Shown here piece after piece: positions 8,084 to 16,418 of a DNA stretch of 64,000 nt. The stretch is taken from sequence record ON529852.1. The stretch is one strand, 5' to 3'. The notes beneath the pieces are model-generated. The model was not told the DNA's origin, ran no database searches, and saw only the letters and a program-made list of their open reading frames with translations. A program made the position numbers and the translations under genes. Position 1 is the first letter of the stretch, and each line of letters starts with the position of its first letter.

Positions 8084-8827
8084 TCATTCGCCTCCGTCGA
8101 GCAGATGTTGGACGCGGACCCAGCCCGCCGTGTCGATCTTGGAGATCGCCGCCAGCAGCAGGCCGACCAGGGTGTCCTTGTGGACCTGGGGTCCCGCCAT
8201 GCCGTGCACGGGCGGCTGGCCGCGTGGCGCGATGATGCCGGCCCAGGTCTCTTCCTGGTTGAACTTCTTCATCACCGTCAGGGTGACGCCGTGGCCCCGG
8301 CTCTCGTGGTAGCGGCGCTTCGGGAAGCTGTAGGTCGCGCCGGCGCGCAGCACTTCGATGCCGTCGATGTGGAGGTCGACGCCTTTCTGGCGGATGGTCG
8401 GTTCGGCCGCGCCGAGATGGGCCGGCATGACCTCCCATTCATCGAACCGGCCGAAGCCTTCCAGAACTTCTTCGCCCGATCCGGCGGTGGTGCGCCAGCC
8501 CGGCGTGATCGACAGGAAGATGTTGGTCACGGCGCCCAGCAGCACCGTCGAGGTGAAGTCGAAGCGGTGGTCATGGCGGCAGCCGAAGGACTCCGGTTCG
8601 GTCGGCAGGTCCGGATGCCACAGGTGCAGGCGGACGTCCTCGTTCAGATAGACCTGGGCGAAGCCGACCCCGGCGTGATAGCGCGGCTTCAACGCGCCGC
8701 TGAGCAGTCCCGCGCGGACAGTCTGGTAGAGAGGATGCGGGTCGGGCACGGAGAGGATTTCCTTGATACGGGCGTTGGCGGTCGCGCTGGCGCGTTTGAG
8801 GGTTTCGGGGGAGACGCGCCGCGTCAC
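8084..8827 (-). CDS. cupin-like (double-stranded beta-helix) protein
   Basis: RLHLWHP...HDHRFDFTSTVLLG...YHES metal-binding His pattern; GTG start at 8827. Confidence 0.6.
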   Translation of the reverse strand: MTRRVSPETLKRASATANARIKEILSVPDPHPLYQTVRAGLLSGALKPRYHAGVGFAQVYLNEDVRLHLWHPDLPTEPESFGCRHDHRFDFTSTVLLGAVTNIFLSITPGWRTTAGSGEEVLEGFGRFDEWEVMPAHLGAAEPTIRQKGVDLHIDGIEVLRAGATYSFPKRRYHESRGHGVTLTVMKKFNQEETWAGIIAPRGQPPVHGMAGPQVHKDTLVGLLLAAISKIDTAGWVRVQHLLDGGE

Positions 8828-9735
8828 CCCTCGCCCTCCCATCCGGCGGGGACGCGGAAACCAGCGGCGTTCTTGTGGCCGCCGCCGCCGAACTCGCTGG
8901 CGACCTGGGAGACGTCCACCGCCTTGGGGTCGTCCTTGTCGGAGCGCAGCGAGAACGACCGCTGGCCGTCCGAGGTGTCGAAGTAGCTGGCCGAGAAGGG
9001 CTCGCCGCGACACATGATGTTGCCGCCCTCGGACGCGAAGATGTAGGGCAGGTTCGCGACCGGCACGTCGTAACCGCCGATCACCATGCGGCGCTTGGCG
9101 GCGCGGATGGCGCCCGAGATTTCGGCGTCCTGCTTCTTGACCAGGGCCTCGCCGATCTTCACGGCGTGGCGCATGCCCTCGTCGTCGTCGAGCGTCTGGG
9201 CCATGTCCATCCAGCTATCGAAGTCCAGCGGAGCCAGGCCCATCCAGGCGCAGACCGCCTTGGCGTTGGGCAGCGCCCAGGTCCACAGATCGCGATCCTG
9301 GACGTAGCGGATGAGCGCCGGCGCGCCTTCGTCGTCTTTCAGGTCCCACACGGCCGCGACACCGTCTTCACCGCCGAAGCAGAACTCCCACGACAGCATG
9401 GCGCCCGACTTGGTCATGTCGAAGACACCCATGATCGTGCCGTCGGCGATCAGCGGCTCCAGAAGGCGCTGGGCCGAGACGTGGTGATCCAGGATGGTCA
9501 CCGAGGCGGCCTCGGACACGATCTGCAACGTCGCGTCGGGCTTGTAGGAGAAGTCGACGATCAGGACGTGCTTGCCGGCGACGTCCGGCAGGCTGTCGGC
9601 CTGGTAGACGCCGGGGACCATCTTGCAGTTCGGCCAGCGAAGCTGCACGGCCCAGGCGGCGGTGAAACCGTCCGCGCAAGGGTGGTGATAGATGCAGACG
9701 TCGGGCTCGTAGCCATAGGGGGCGTGGTAGGCCAT
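8824..9735 (-). CDS. DHH/DHHA1 family phosphoesterase
   Basis: YHHPCADG, VDFS, ILDHH, DRDLW and GGGGHKNAAGF motifs. Confidence 0.9.
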   Translation of the reverse strand: MAYHAPYGYEPDVCIYHHPCADGFTAAWAVQLRWPNCKMVPGVYQADSLPDVAGKHVLIVDFSYKPDATLQIVSEAASVTILDHHVSAQRLLEPLIADGTIMGVFDMTKSGAMLSWEFCFGGEDGVAAVWDLKDDEGAPALIRYVQDRDLWTWALPNAKAVCAWMGLAPLDFDSWMDMAQTLDDDEGMRHAVKIGEALVKKQDAEISGAIRAAKRRMVIGGYDVPVANLPYIFASEGGNIMCRGEPFSASYFDTSDGQRSFSLRSDKDDPKAVDVSQVASEFGGGGHKNAAGFRVPAGWEGEG

Positions 9736-10001
9736 CAGGCTTCGTCCCCGAAACCGTCAGCGTCTTCGTCTTCATCCACGGCGAGATTTTCGATCTCTTC
9801 CACGGCGCGCTCGATCAGGTCGTGCGTGACGGGCGTGGTGGCCGAGGAGGCGACGTAGATTTCGTCGTCGTCGGTCAGGCCGATGACGACGACCTGCTCC
9901 AGGTCAGCGTCCAGGGCGCCTTCCAGCACCTGGTGGACCGGGACGCGGAACTGCGGGCCTTCGCGCACAATGCGCTGGCGGGTGAACTTCTTGGAACTCA
10001 T
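9735..10001 (-). CDS. hypothetical acidic protein, 88 aa
   Basis: Coupled ORF. Confidence 0.75.
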   Translation of the reverse strand: MSSKKFTRQRIVREGPQFRVPVHQVLEGALDADLEQVVVIGLTDDDEIYVASSATTPVTHDLIERAVEEIENLAVDEDEDADGFGDEA

Positions 10002-10219
10002 GGGAGGGTCTCAGGGAACAGGTCGTATTGGCGGGGGACGAACCCGGCGCCCTTGCAGGTTTTGCAAGGAACGGTGCGGGCGCGCAGGGTGTAGGAATCG
10101 ATGTCGTCGGGGTCTGGCGCGATCCATCCGGCCTGACAGCCGGCGAGGCAGACGGCGTGTTTGTCGTGGTAGGCCTCGGTCATGGCCTTGAGGTCGGCCC
10201 TAGTGATCCGGTGACGCAT
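9998..10219 (-). CDS. small Cys-containing (Zn-finger-like) protein
   Basis: CLAGC and CKTCKGAG motifs. Confidence 0.65.
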   Translation of the reverse strand: MRHRITRADLKAMTEAYHDKHAVCLAGCQAGWIAPDPDDIDSYTLRARTVPCKTCKGAGFVPRQYDLFPETLP

Positions 10220-10571
10220 CGAGCGGCAGGCCGGTCTTGAGGTCGAAGGTCAGACCGGCGGCCTTGGCCTCTTCCATCTTGCGCTTGACGTGGGTGAACT
10301 CGCAGCACGCGAACTGGAAGCCGTGGACCACGTCGGCGTAGACGAAGATCGGCAGTTCGCCCGCCAGCTTGGCGGCCGCGAAACGTGACTCCCACGCCGC
10401 CTTCAGGCGCACGATGTCCAGCGGCGACTCCTTGACCGCCAGATAGTCGGTCTTTTCGGTCGCGAAGGTCGTGTGGACCAGGGTGCGGGCGGTGGAGCCG
10501 GGGCGCGCCGAGACGATCTGCTCCGGCGCGACGTAGGCATGCTCGCCGGTGGTGAGGGTGAGGCGGATCAT
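10200..10571 (-). CDS. hypothetical protein with FlbD/SwrD-like N-terminus, 123 aa
   Basis: MIRLTLTTGE..YVAPEQI...LAVKESP..IV pattern; paralogue of the next gene. Confidence 0.6.
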   Translation of the reverse strand: MIRLTLTTGEHAYVAPEQIVSARPGSTARTLVHTTFATEKTDYLAVKESPLDIVRLKAAWESRFAAAKLAGELPIFVYADVVHGFQFACCEFTHVKRKMEEAKAAGLTFDLKTGLPLDASPDH

Positions 10572-10885
10572 GCGTGTGCGAGTTCGAAGACGATTTCTTC
10601 TTCGCCTTCCCCACTGAAGTGCGCATACAGCGGGGCGTCGGACACAGCCACGTAAATCTCGCGACGCTCCCACGCAGCCTTGAGTCGCACGACCACGTCG
10701 GGCGTTTCGATTACGTCGATCGGGTCGTGTCCGCCCGACATCAGGACGAAGGTGCGCTCGACGGCGCCCTCTGTCCCTACCGGCACGGAGAAACCGCGCT
10801 CGTCGCAGGTATAGGTCCCGACTTCCTGAATGAAGGCGGGGTTCAACAGGCGCTTGAGGCCGTCAAGCAGGGTCACTTGAATCAC
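10568..10885 (-). CDS. hypothetical protein with FlbD/SwrD-like N-terminus, 105 aa
   Basis: VIQVTLLDG..LLNPAFI...VIETPDVVVRLKAAWE; GTGA overlap. Confidence 0.6.
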   Translation of the reverse strand: MIQVTLLDGLKRLLNPAFIQEVGTYTCDERGFSVPVGTEGAVERTFVLMSGGHDPIDVIETPDVVVRLKAAWERREIYVAVSDAPLYAHFSGEGEEEIVFELAHA

Positions 10886-11358
10886 AGGATCACCGTCGGC
10901 GCCCCAGGCGCCACGTAGCAGTGGATGGAGTCGCGGAGCCATTCGTCGAAGGCTTCGCGGGTGATGAGGTCGCCTTCACGGGGCGGGATCACGACCAGGG
11001 CGCGGAAGTTCTCCTGCCGGCGGCCGACATAGGTCAGGCCCTTCGCGCCGTAGGGAATGACGCGAACGCCGTCGTGCGCCTCGGTCGGGAAGGACGTCAC
11101 CAGAGGGATCAGGGCCTCGGCCTGGGCGTGGCTCGCCACTGCAAAGGCCAGGGCGCCGACCCGCTCCGGGTGGGTGGAGATGGGCCGCGTGAAGCCACCC
11201 AGCTTGTAGGCGTCCATCTGGGCCTGGGTCGGCTCATGCAGGAAGCGCAGGTGCGTCGGGTAGACGTGCCCGTTGCCGCATCGATCGTTCCCGCCAGGTC
11301 GGCGCTCCCGCGAATGTCCGCCGTCGCCGCAGACGGGGCAGTAGCCGAGCAGGCTCAT
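10882..11358 (-). CDS. hypothetical protein with N-terminal Zn ribbon, 158 aa
   Basis: CPVCG...C.NGH motif. Confidence 0.75.
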   Translation of the reverse strand: MSLLGYCPVCGDGGHSRERRPGGNDRCGNGHVYPTHLRFLHEPTQAQMDAYKLGGFTRPISTHPERVGALAFAVASHAQAEALIPLVTSFPTEAHDGVRVIPYGAKGLTYVGRRQENFRALVVIPPREGDLITREAFDEWLRDSIHCYVAPGAPTVIL

Positions 11359-11711
11359 TTCTGAGCCCACGAGACATCGAAGGAGGCGGAGCCGTGATGG
11401 CCGCCCTGATTGAAGCTGACCGCGTATCCGGCTTTCACCAGGGCGCGGTGCGTCGCCACGCGACATTCGTTGATGTAGGACGACGTCAACTGGCCGTCGT
11501 GTCGGGGCAGGACGCTGATGATGTCGACCTGGTCCTTACCAACGCGGGCGGCCGCCACGATCAGGGCTTCGATACGCTCCAGGGCTTCGTCGAGGTCGAA
11601 GACGGGCATGAGGCCGCGCACGGCGTCCGCCGAAGCGATGCCGTTGATGCGCTTGAGGCTCGGTCGTTCCATAGTCGGCTCCGGTTCAGGGCGCGGCGTC
11701 GAAGCCCACAT
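11355..11711 (-). CDS. hypothetical protein, 118 aa
   Basis: Coupled; paralogue of 11711..12034. Confidence 0.75.
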   Translation of the reverse strand: MWASTPRPEPEPTMERPSLKRINGIASADAVRGLMPVFDLDEALERIEALIVAAARVGKDQVDIISVLPRHDGQLTSSYINECRVATHRALVKAGYAVSFNQGGHHGSASFDVSWAQK

Positions 11712-12034
11712 CAGGCGTCGGCCGTTTCCGCCCACGAGAGGTTGATGAAGCCGCGCTTGGCGGGCGAGCCCTCGAAGGTCTCGACCTGATAGCCGGCGTC
11801 GGCGAGGGTTTCGATCAGCCCCAGGACCGTGGCGTTGCCGGCGATCTTGCCGGTCATCCAAGCGCCCGAGTTGGGCTGGGGGACGATCGTCGAGATGTCG
11901 ACATGGTCGCGGCCGAGCGAGACGGCGTTGCGCACGGCGTGGTCGATCTTGGCGTAGACGCCGGTCGGGTCCAGCGCCGGCACATAGGCGCGGGCTTCGG
12001 CGGCGGACAGGAGGGGGAGGGTCTTCTTGGTCAT
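11711..12034 (-). CDS. hypothetical protein, 107 aa
   Basis: Coupled; paralogue of 11355..11711. Confidence 0.8.
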   Translation of the reverse strand: MTKKTLPLLSAAEARAYVPALDPTGVYAKIDHAVRNAVSLGRDHVDISTIVPQPNSGAWMTGKIAGNATVLGLIETLADAGYQVETFEGSPAKRGFINLSWAETADA

Positions 12035-12035
12035 G

Positions 12036-12743
12036 TTACTCGGTGGTGGTTTGGGTCGCCAGGTAGGCCTGGATCGACTCGTGGTCGCCGCGCTGGGCGG
12101 CTTCGATCTGTTCGCGGGGAAGGCCCGTCATCCGCATGAGACTGCGGATGTTCCGCTCCGCCAGTTCAGCCGGCGTCACCTCGGGGATGACGAAGGTCTG
12201 GGGGTCCTTCATCTGACCGAACATCCAGGTCTTGATCTGGGCGCGGTGCGCGACTTCCCAGGCGCGGACCGCATCCTGGAGCAGACGCTGAAGGTCTTCT
12301 TCGGCCGTGACGTCGTCCGGGCTGCGGATGAAAATCCAATCGCCGGCCGCCTTCGTGAGGGCCGAGATCAGGGCGATCGTGGCGGCTTCAGCGTCGCCGG
12401 TCAGGCCGTCCCAGCCGTCCTCGCCCCAGCAGTCCTCATTGGCCTCCATGAAGAGGTCCAGGACTGCTTCACTGTCGAAACGAAGCGCACCGGTGGCCTG
12501 GTATTCAGCCAGCAGCGCCTGGGTGTCGAACGCCGGCGGCACGGTGGTGCGCTTGTCGGCTTCACAGACGTAAATCGTGACTCCAGGCTCAGGACCGAAG
12601 GTCGTTTCGACCGCCTGCTTGAGCGCGTGCGCCTTGGCCTCCTCGAAGCTGTCGAACGGCCCGTGGGCGTATTCGAACTCTTCGTGGTCAGCCCAGTAGA
12701 AGCGGAAGACGCCGTCGGAGGGTGAATCGTCCCAGAGCGCCAT
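12036..12743 (-). CDS. hypothetical protein, 235 aa
   Basis: Long ORF with typical codon bias. Confidence 0.8.
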   Translation of the reverse strand: MALWDDSPSDGVFRFYWADHEEFEYAHGPFDSFEEAKAHALKQAVETTFGPEPGVTIYVCEADKRTTVPPAFDTQALLAEYQATGALRFDSEAVLDLFMEANEDCWGEDGWDGLTGDAEAATIALISALTKAAGDWIFIRSPDDVTAEEDLQRLLQDAVRAWEVAHRAQIKTWMFGQMKDPQTFVIPEVTPAELAERNIRSLMRMTGLPREQIEAAQRGDHESIQAYLATQTTTE

Positions 12744-12922
12744 CAGCGCGCGCCTTCCAGGGCCGCGACCAGGACGCCGATCTCGGCCCGGTGCAGGACG
12801 AAGCGGCGATCGCCCATGTAGGTCTCGCCCGAGGTCTGCTCAACCAGGATGAAGGGCGAGTTGGGATCGCACTCGACGACGTCGCCCTGCGGATTGCAGG
12901 GATAGATGGTGAAGGCGGTCAT
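12743..12922 (-). CDS. hypothetical protein, 59 aa
   Basis: ATGA and TGATG overlaps at its two ends. Confidence 0.65.
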   Translation of the reverse strand: MTAFTIYPCNPQGDVVECDPNSPFILVEQTSGETYMGDRRFVLHRAEIGVLVAALEGAR

Positions 12923-13266
12923 GCCGCGAAATCCTTGCGCAGGGCGTAGACGACCGGGTTGGCGACGACGTCTTCGGCCTTCGCGATGGTCTCGGTGATC
13001 TGGGCGTGCGCCTTGGTGATCGCCTCGACGTCGATGTCCAGGCGCTCGGCCGGGCTGCCTTGCAGCAGGTTGTAGAGGCGCGCCTGCTCGTGGCGCAGCG
13101 AGGCGATGCCGACGCCCTTGAAGGCCAGCAGGCCCAGGCTGATGTCGCCGGCCTGGTAGCGCGCCAGCACGTCGTTGAAGCGGCCGTCCGCGTTGTTGGC
13201 GGCGATGTAGTCCAAGGCGTCCTGCTCGGACTCCGTCGGGGATTGGAGATGCGGTTGCACGGTCAT
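12919..13266 (-). CDS. hypothetical protein, 115 aa
   Basis: Paralogue of 13271..13510. Confidence 0.8.
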   Translation of the reverse strand: MTVQPHLQSPTESEQDALDYIAANNADGRFNDVLARYQAGDISLGLLAFKGVGIASLRHEQARLYNLLQGSPAERLDIDVEAITKAHAQITETIAKAEDVVANPVVYALRKDFAA

Positions 13267-13270
13267 GGGC

Positions 13271-13510
13271 TTAGAGGGCTCGCGGCGTGAAGTAGATCAC
13301 CGGCTGGGCGATCGAGATTTCAGCCTGTTTGATGATGTCGTCGTACTTGCCCAGGACGTTCGCCTGCTTGAGGATGTGCAGGCTCGGACCGAGGTAGCGG
13401 ATGATGCCGACGTTGATCTTGCCGGCGGCGTAATCTTCCAGAGTCTGGTCGTAGACTCCGGTCTGGTTGTTCGCCCGCATGTACGCGAGGGCGTCTTCCT
13501 GGTTGGTCAT
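13271..13510 (-). CDS. hypothetical protein, 79 aa
   Basis: Paralogue of 12919..13266. Confidence 0.8.
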   Translation of the reverse strand: MTNQEDALAYMRANNQTGVYDQTLEDYAAGKINVGIIRYLGPSLHILKQANVLGKYDDIIKQAEISIAQPVIYFTPRAL

Positions 13511-13518
13511 GGTACTCG

Positions 13519-13908
13519 TTACTTGGCAGGATAACTCGGCGCAGTCCGCTGGCTTTGATCCGTCGCGTCGTAGCGGCAGACCGCGCCTTCGAACGGCGGC
13601 GTGGTGTGGCGATAGGTGGTCGGCGCGCTGACCTCAGCCTGGACCAGGATCGCCTCGATCAGGTCCTTGACCGCGACGCCCGCGTCGACGGCCGCCGCAA
13701 TCACCATACGGGCCAGTTCCGGCGCCTTGGGCTTGATGGGCGGGGCGGCGGTGATGGTGGTATCCGGCGTGCACAGGTTGTTGATGAGGTTGGCCTGGGC
13801 GGCGCTGCCGATCACGAGGGCCTGGTCAGGCCGCAGGCCGGAGACGCCGCCTCGGGCGTAACGATCGCGCGCGACCTCGCGCTCAACCTGGGCGAAGATG
13901 TCGGTCAT
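13519..13908 (-). CDS. hypothetical protein, 129 aa
   Basis: TGATG coupling. Confidence 0.75.
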   Translation of the reverse strand: MTDIFAQVEREVARDRYARGGVSGLRPDQALVIGSAAQANLINNLCTPDTTITAAPPIKPKAPELARMVIAAAVDAGVAVKDLIEAILVQAEVSAPTTYRHTTPPFEGAVCRYDATDQSQRTAPSYPAK

Positions 13909-14891
13909 CAGTGCCGCCCCACGACGGAATGGATCGCCGTGCCGTGCCAGGGGTAGGACGGCGGAGAAGCGGGGTTGGCCCGGCGGAAACCTTCCACGTA
14001 TGCGGCAGGTGCGTCATTATGTGGCGTGGCGTAGGCTTCGCCGGGCTTGGGGAACACGCCCTGGGTCAGGTACGCGTAACGGTGCAGGAACCGCAGGCGC
14101 GCTTCGAGCGGCGACCAGGGTTCGATGGTGAAGGGGAGCGGCTCGACGTCGCGCAGCATCGTCCAGACGGCGTCATCGTCGGCGCGGCGCGGCATCAGAT
14201 CGCGCTTCTCGGTCGCCAGCATCACCAGGTCGATCGCCTTGACCTCGGGGCTCAAGGTGGTCGGCACGCCGAAGGTGGTGAAGATGCAGTTCTCGACGCG
14301 GGCCTCGACCGTCTTGTAGCAAGGCAGAAGCTGCTTCAGCGGGCTCGACATATCGCCGATGACGCTCTCGGCGCCGTCGTGCAGCAAGGCCGCCAACTCA
14401 TGACCGGGTTCGCAGTTCTCGCTCGCCAGGACCGAATGCTGGGCGATCGTGTAGATCGCGTCGTATGGGACGTGGTCGCCAAGCTGGCCCGTGAAACGAC
14501 ACAGCCGTGACAGGCCGGCGGCGATGTCCTCGATCGACAGAGGGGTGTCGCACGGGTTGAGGAAGTCGAAGTAGACGCCCGAAGCCAACTGGATCGACGG
14601 ATACATCTTCAGCGGGGCGGTGGTCTTGGCGCGGGCGTTGATCGCCGCGACGTGAAGAGCGTTCTGGTCGTCCCGGTTCGCCTTCACCAGATCGAGATAG
14701 GCCTGGGCGACCAGGGCGGCGTCAGTGCCGGGATCGGAGGCGCCCGAGCGGTAATCCGCGCCGCCGATCCGCGTCTTCATGGTCAAGCGGAACGCGGCGC
14801 GCTCAAGTTGGACCTCGGTCATCGACAGGCGGTTGTTGTCCACTTGGACGTCGCGCTCTCGATTGTTGCGGGCGGTGTCGGAAAGGGGCAC
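13908..14891 (-). CDS. HD-domain 5'-deoxynucleotidase (YfbR/YfdR-like) with N-terminal extension
   Basis: IEDIAAGLSRLCRFTGQ...YTIAQHSVL...ALLHDGAESVIGDMSSPLK. Confidence 0.87.
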   Translation of the reverse strand: MPLSDTARNNRERDVQVDNNRLSMTEVQLERAAFRLTMKTRIGGADYRSGASDPGTDAALVAQAYLDLVKANRDDQNALHVAAINARAKTTAPLKMYPSIQLASGVYFDFLNPCDTPLSIEDIAAGLSRLCRFTGQLGDHVPYDAIYTIAQHSVLASENCEPGHELAALLHDGAESVIGDMSSPLKQLLPCYKTVEARVENCIFTTFGVPTTLSPEVKAIDLVMLATEKRDLMPRRADDDAVWTMLRDVEPLPFTIEPWSPLEARLRFLHRYAYLTQGVFPKPGEAYATPHNDAPAAYVEGFRRANPASPPSYPWHGTAIHSVVGRH

Positions 14892-14907
14892 TGGTGCAGG
14901 GTCCAGA

Positions 14908-14953
14908 TATGGTTAACGCCAGTCGTTGTGTCACGACTGGCGTCCCATGTCAA
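14908..14953 (-). promoter_or_regulatory. promoter region with 11-bp perfect inverted repeat and TTAACCAT motif
   Basis: TTGACA (minus, 14948-14953); IR ACGCCAGTCGT/ACGACTGGCGT at 14916-14943; ungapped CtrA-type motif TTAACCAT at 14908-14915. Confidence 0.5.
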
Positions 14954-14983
14954 CAATACTGGCAATCAATGTTGCCGAAGGAG

Positions 14984-15349
14984 TCAGTCACAACCCCCGC
15001 CGCCGTCACCGCCGCTGCTGCCTCCACCGGACGAGCACGAACCGCCCGAATGATAGCTGCCGCTGCTGGACGAGGCGCCGTACTCGACATAGCCGAAGTC
15101 CACGATCTCCGACCGGTAGGGCGTTCGGGATGCGGCGGACGGCTTGCGGTAGACATCGGCTTTGGCGGTCTGGAACGACGGCGAGGGCTCGCGCGTGTGA
15201 CGGGCGCGGGCCGCCGAAGCGGACGCCGCCACGTTGGCGCGCACTTGCGCCTCGTGTCGACGATTGGCGGCGGCGATCGCGCCGCGCGCCCACAGGATCA
15301 AGGCGATGGTGAGGGCGATGACGACCCCGATGGTGATGGCGAGCCCCAT
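14984..15349 (-). CDS. membrane-anchored protein with Gly/Ser-rich tail
   Basis: N-terminal TM helix; C-terminal SSGGGSSGGDGGGGCD. Confidence 0.75.
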   Translation of the reverse strand: MGLAITIGVVIALTIALILWARGAIAAANRRHEAQVRANVAASASAARARHTREPSPSFQTAKADVYRKPSAASRTPYRSEIVDFGYVEYGASSSSGSYHSGGSCSSGGGSSGGDGGGGCD

Positions 15350-15370
15350 GCTCGTCTCCTTATGTTACGG

Positions 15371-15517
15371 TCAAAAAGGACGCCGACGGCGCACGGCCGT
15401 TCCGCCCGAGGGTGCGGCCTTGTCGGAGCCGCCGCGAGGTTGGTAGCCTCGGCCCCGTCCGCACCCCAGGGCGACGCTCAGGATCAGCAAGGCGAGGATG
15501 CAGGTCAGCAACCACAT
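15371..15517 (-). CDS. small membrane peptide or lipoprotein-like, 48 aa
   Basis: MWLLTCILALLILSVALGC...; GGAG RBS. Confidence 0.55.
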   Translation of the reverse strand: MWLLTCILALLILSVALGCGRGRGYQPRGGSDKAAPSGGTAVRRRRPF

Positions 15518-15521
15518 CGGT

Positions 15522-15614
15522 TCAACTCCATTCCGGCATGGTCAGCGTCAGGTAGGTCAGGCCGCCCGCCACGAACAGGGCGATGGCGCCCAGGATCACA
15601 TTGATCGCCCACAT
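15522..15614 (-). CDS. small membrane peptide, 30 aa
   Basis: MWAINVILGAIALFVAGGLTYLTLTMPEWS; TGATG coupling. Confidence 0.55.
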   Translation of the reverse strand: MWAINVILGAIALFVAGGLTYLTLTMPEWS

Positions 15615-15709
15615 CAGCGACGTCCTTCCGAAGGCAGCCACAGCACCGAGGCGACTTCCACGGCGGTGGCGGCGAGCAGCACGAACAGGATCAGGTGCGG
15701 CAGCGTCAT
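15614..15709 (-). CDS. small membrane peptide, 31 aa
   Basis: MTLPHLILFVLLAATAVEVASVLWLPSEGRR; TGATG coupling. Confidence 0.55.
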   Translation of the reverse strand: MTLPHLILFVLLAATAVEVASVLWLPSEGRR

Positions 15710-16002
15710 CAGAGTCGCCCCGACATGAAGGCGCGGTGCAGCCCCATGACCTGGGCGTCGGTCGCCTTCTTGGTCTGGGCCGGCAGGAGGCGGCGGCACA
15801 TGGCGATGATCTGGGCGTCGCGCGCTTCGCCGTCCGGCTCGGGAGCAGTGTCGTACTGGGTGAAGCGGGCGATGTAGGCGCGGCTGGTCATGGCCCCGGA
15901 GGCCTTGGCGCGATCCTCTTCCACCTTCGGATTGATGCGGGTCGGCCGCACCGGCGATTGCGCGGCGTCCGGGCGCGGCTTGCGTTCAGTCTGTCGGCTC
16001 AA
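15709..16002 (-). CDS. hypothetical protein (TTG start; alternative ATG at 15891)
   Basis: TTGA overlap with the upstream stop. Confidence 0.55.
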   Translation of the reverse strand: MSRQTERKPRPDAAQSPVRPTRINPKVEEDRAKASGAMTSRAYIARFTQYDTAPEPDGEARDAQIIAMCRRLLPAQTKKATDAQVMGLHRAFMSGRL

Positions 16003-16418
16003 AGGATCAGGCTCCGAATGGGACCGCCGGAATGGATGTCCAGCTTGATGGCGGCCTCGACCGCCTCGACCGCTGAGGCGCCGGCCAGCATTGCGCCCAT
16101 CGCCAGGTCGCCGCCGGAACCGAACGCCACCACGCCGGTGGTGTTGATCCAGGGACCTTGCGAGCCCCAGACGACCATGGTGCCGTCCGGCGCGATGACG
16201 AAGCCGTTGGCGTTGTTGCTGCCCTCGACCGGGCACTTGCCCCGCATGCCGCCGCGCACCCATTCAGAGAAACGGTGGCAGATGGCGGTGCAGCCGGCCC
16301 CGCCGATCAGCACACGACCATGCCGCCAAATCTTCTGCGAGAACCCGTCCCGCTGCCCGCCGGACGTCACGAGGGAATCGGCGGCGAGCACGCCGTCCTT
16401 GAATGCTATCGTTGTTAT
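15999..16418 (-). CDS. Ntn-hydrolase / proteasome-beta (HslV-like) peptidase, apparent ATA start
   Basis: (M)TTIAFKDGVLAADS...AFGSGGDLAMGAM...A.EAVEAAIKLD..SGG; GGAGG RBS precedes ATA; no in-frame ATG. Confidence 0.75.
   Translation of the reverse strand: MTTIAFKDGVLAADSLVTSGGQRDGFSQKIWRHGRVLIGGAGCTAICHRFSEWVRGGMRGKCPVEGSNNANGFVIAPDGTMVVWGSQGPWINTTGVVAFGSGGDLAMGAMLAGASAVEAVEAAIKLDIHSGGPIRSLIL

Noticed and set aside
13908-14891. DatZ / modified-base (Z-genome) pathway
   Set aside because: Motifs fit YfbR/YfdR-type HD proteins, and no purZ or mazZ lies in the window.
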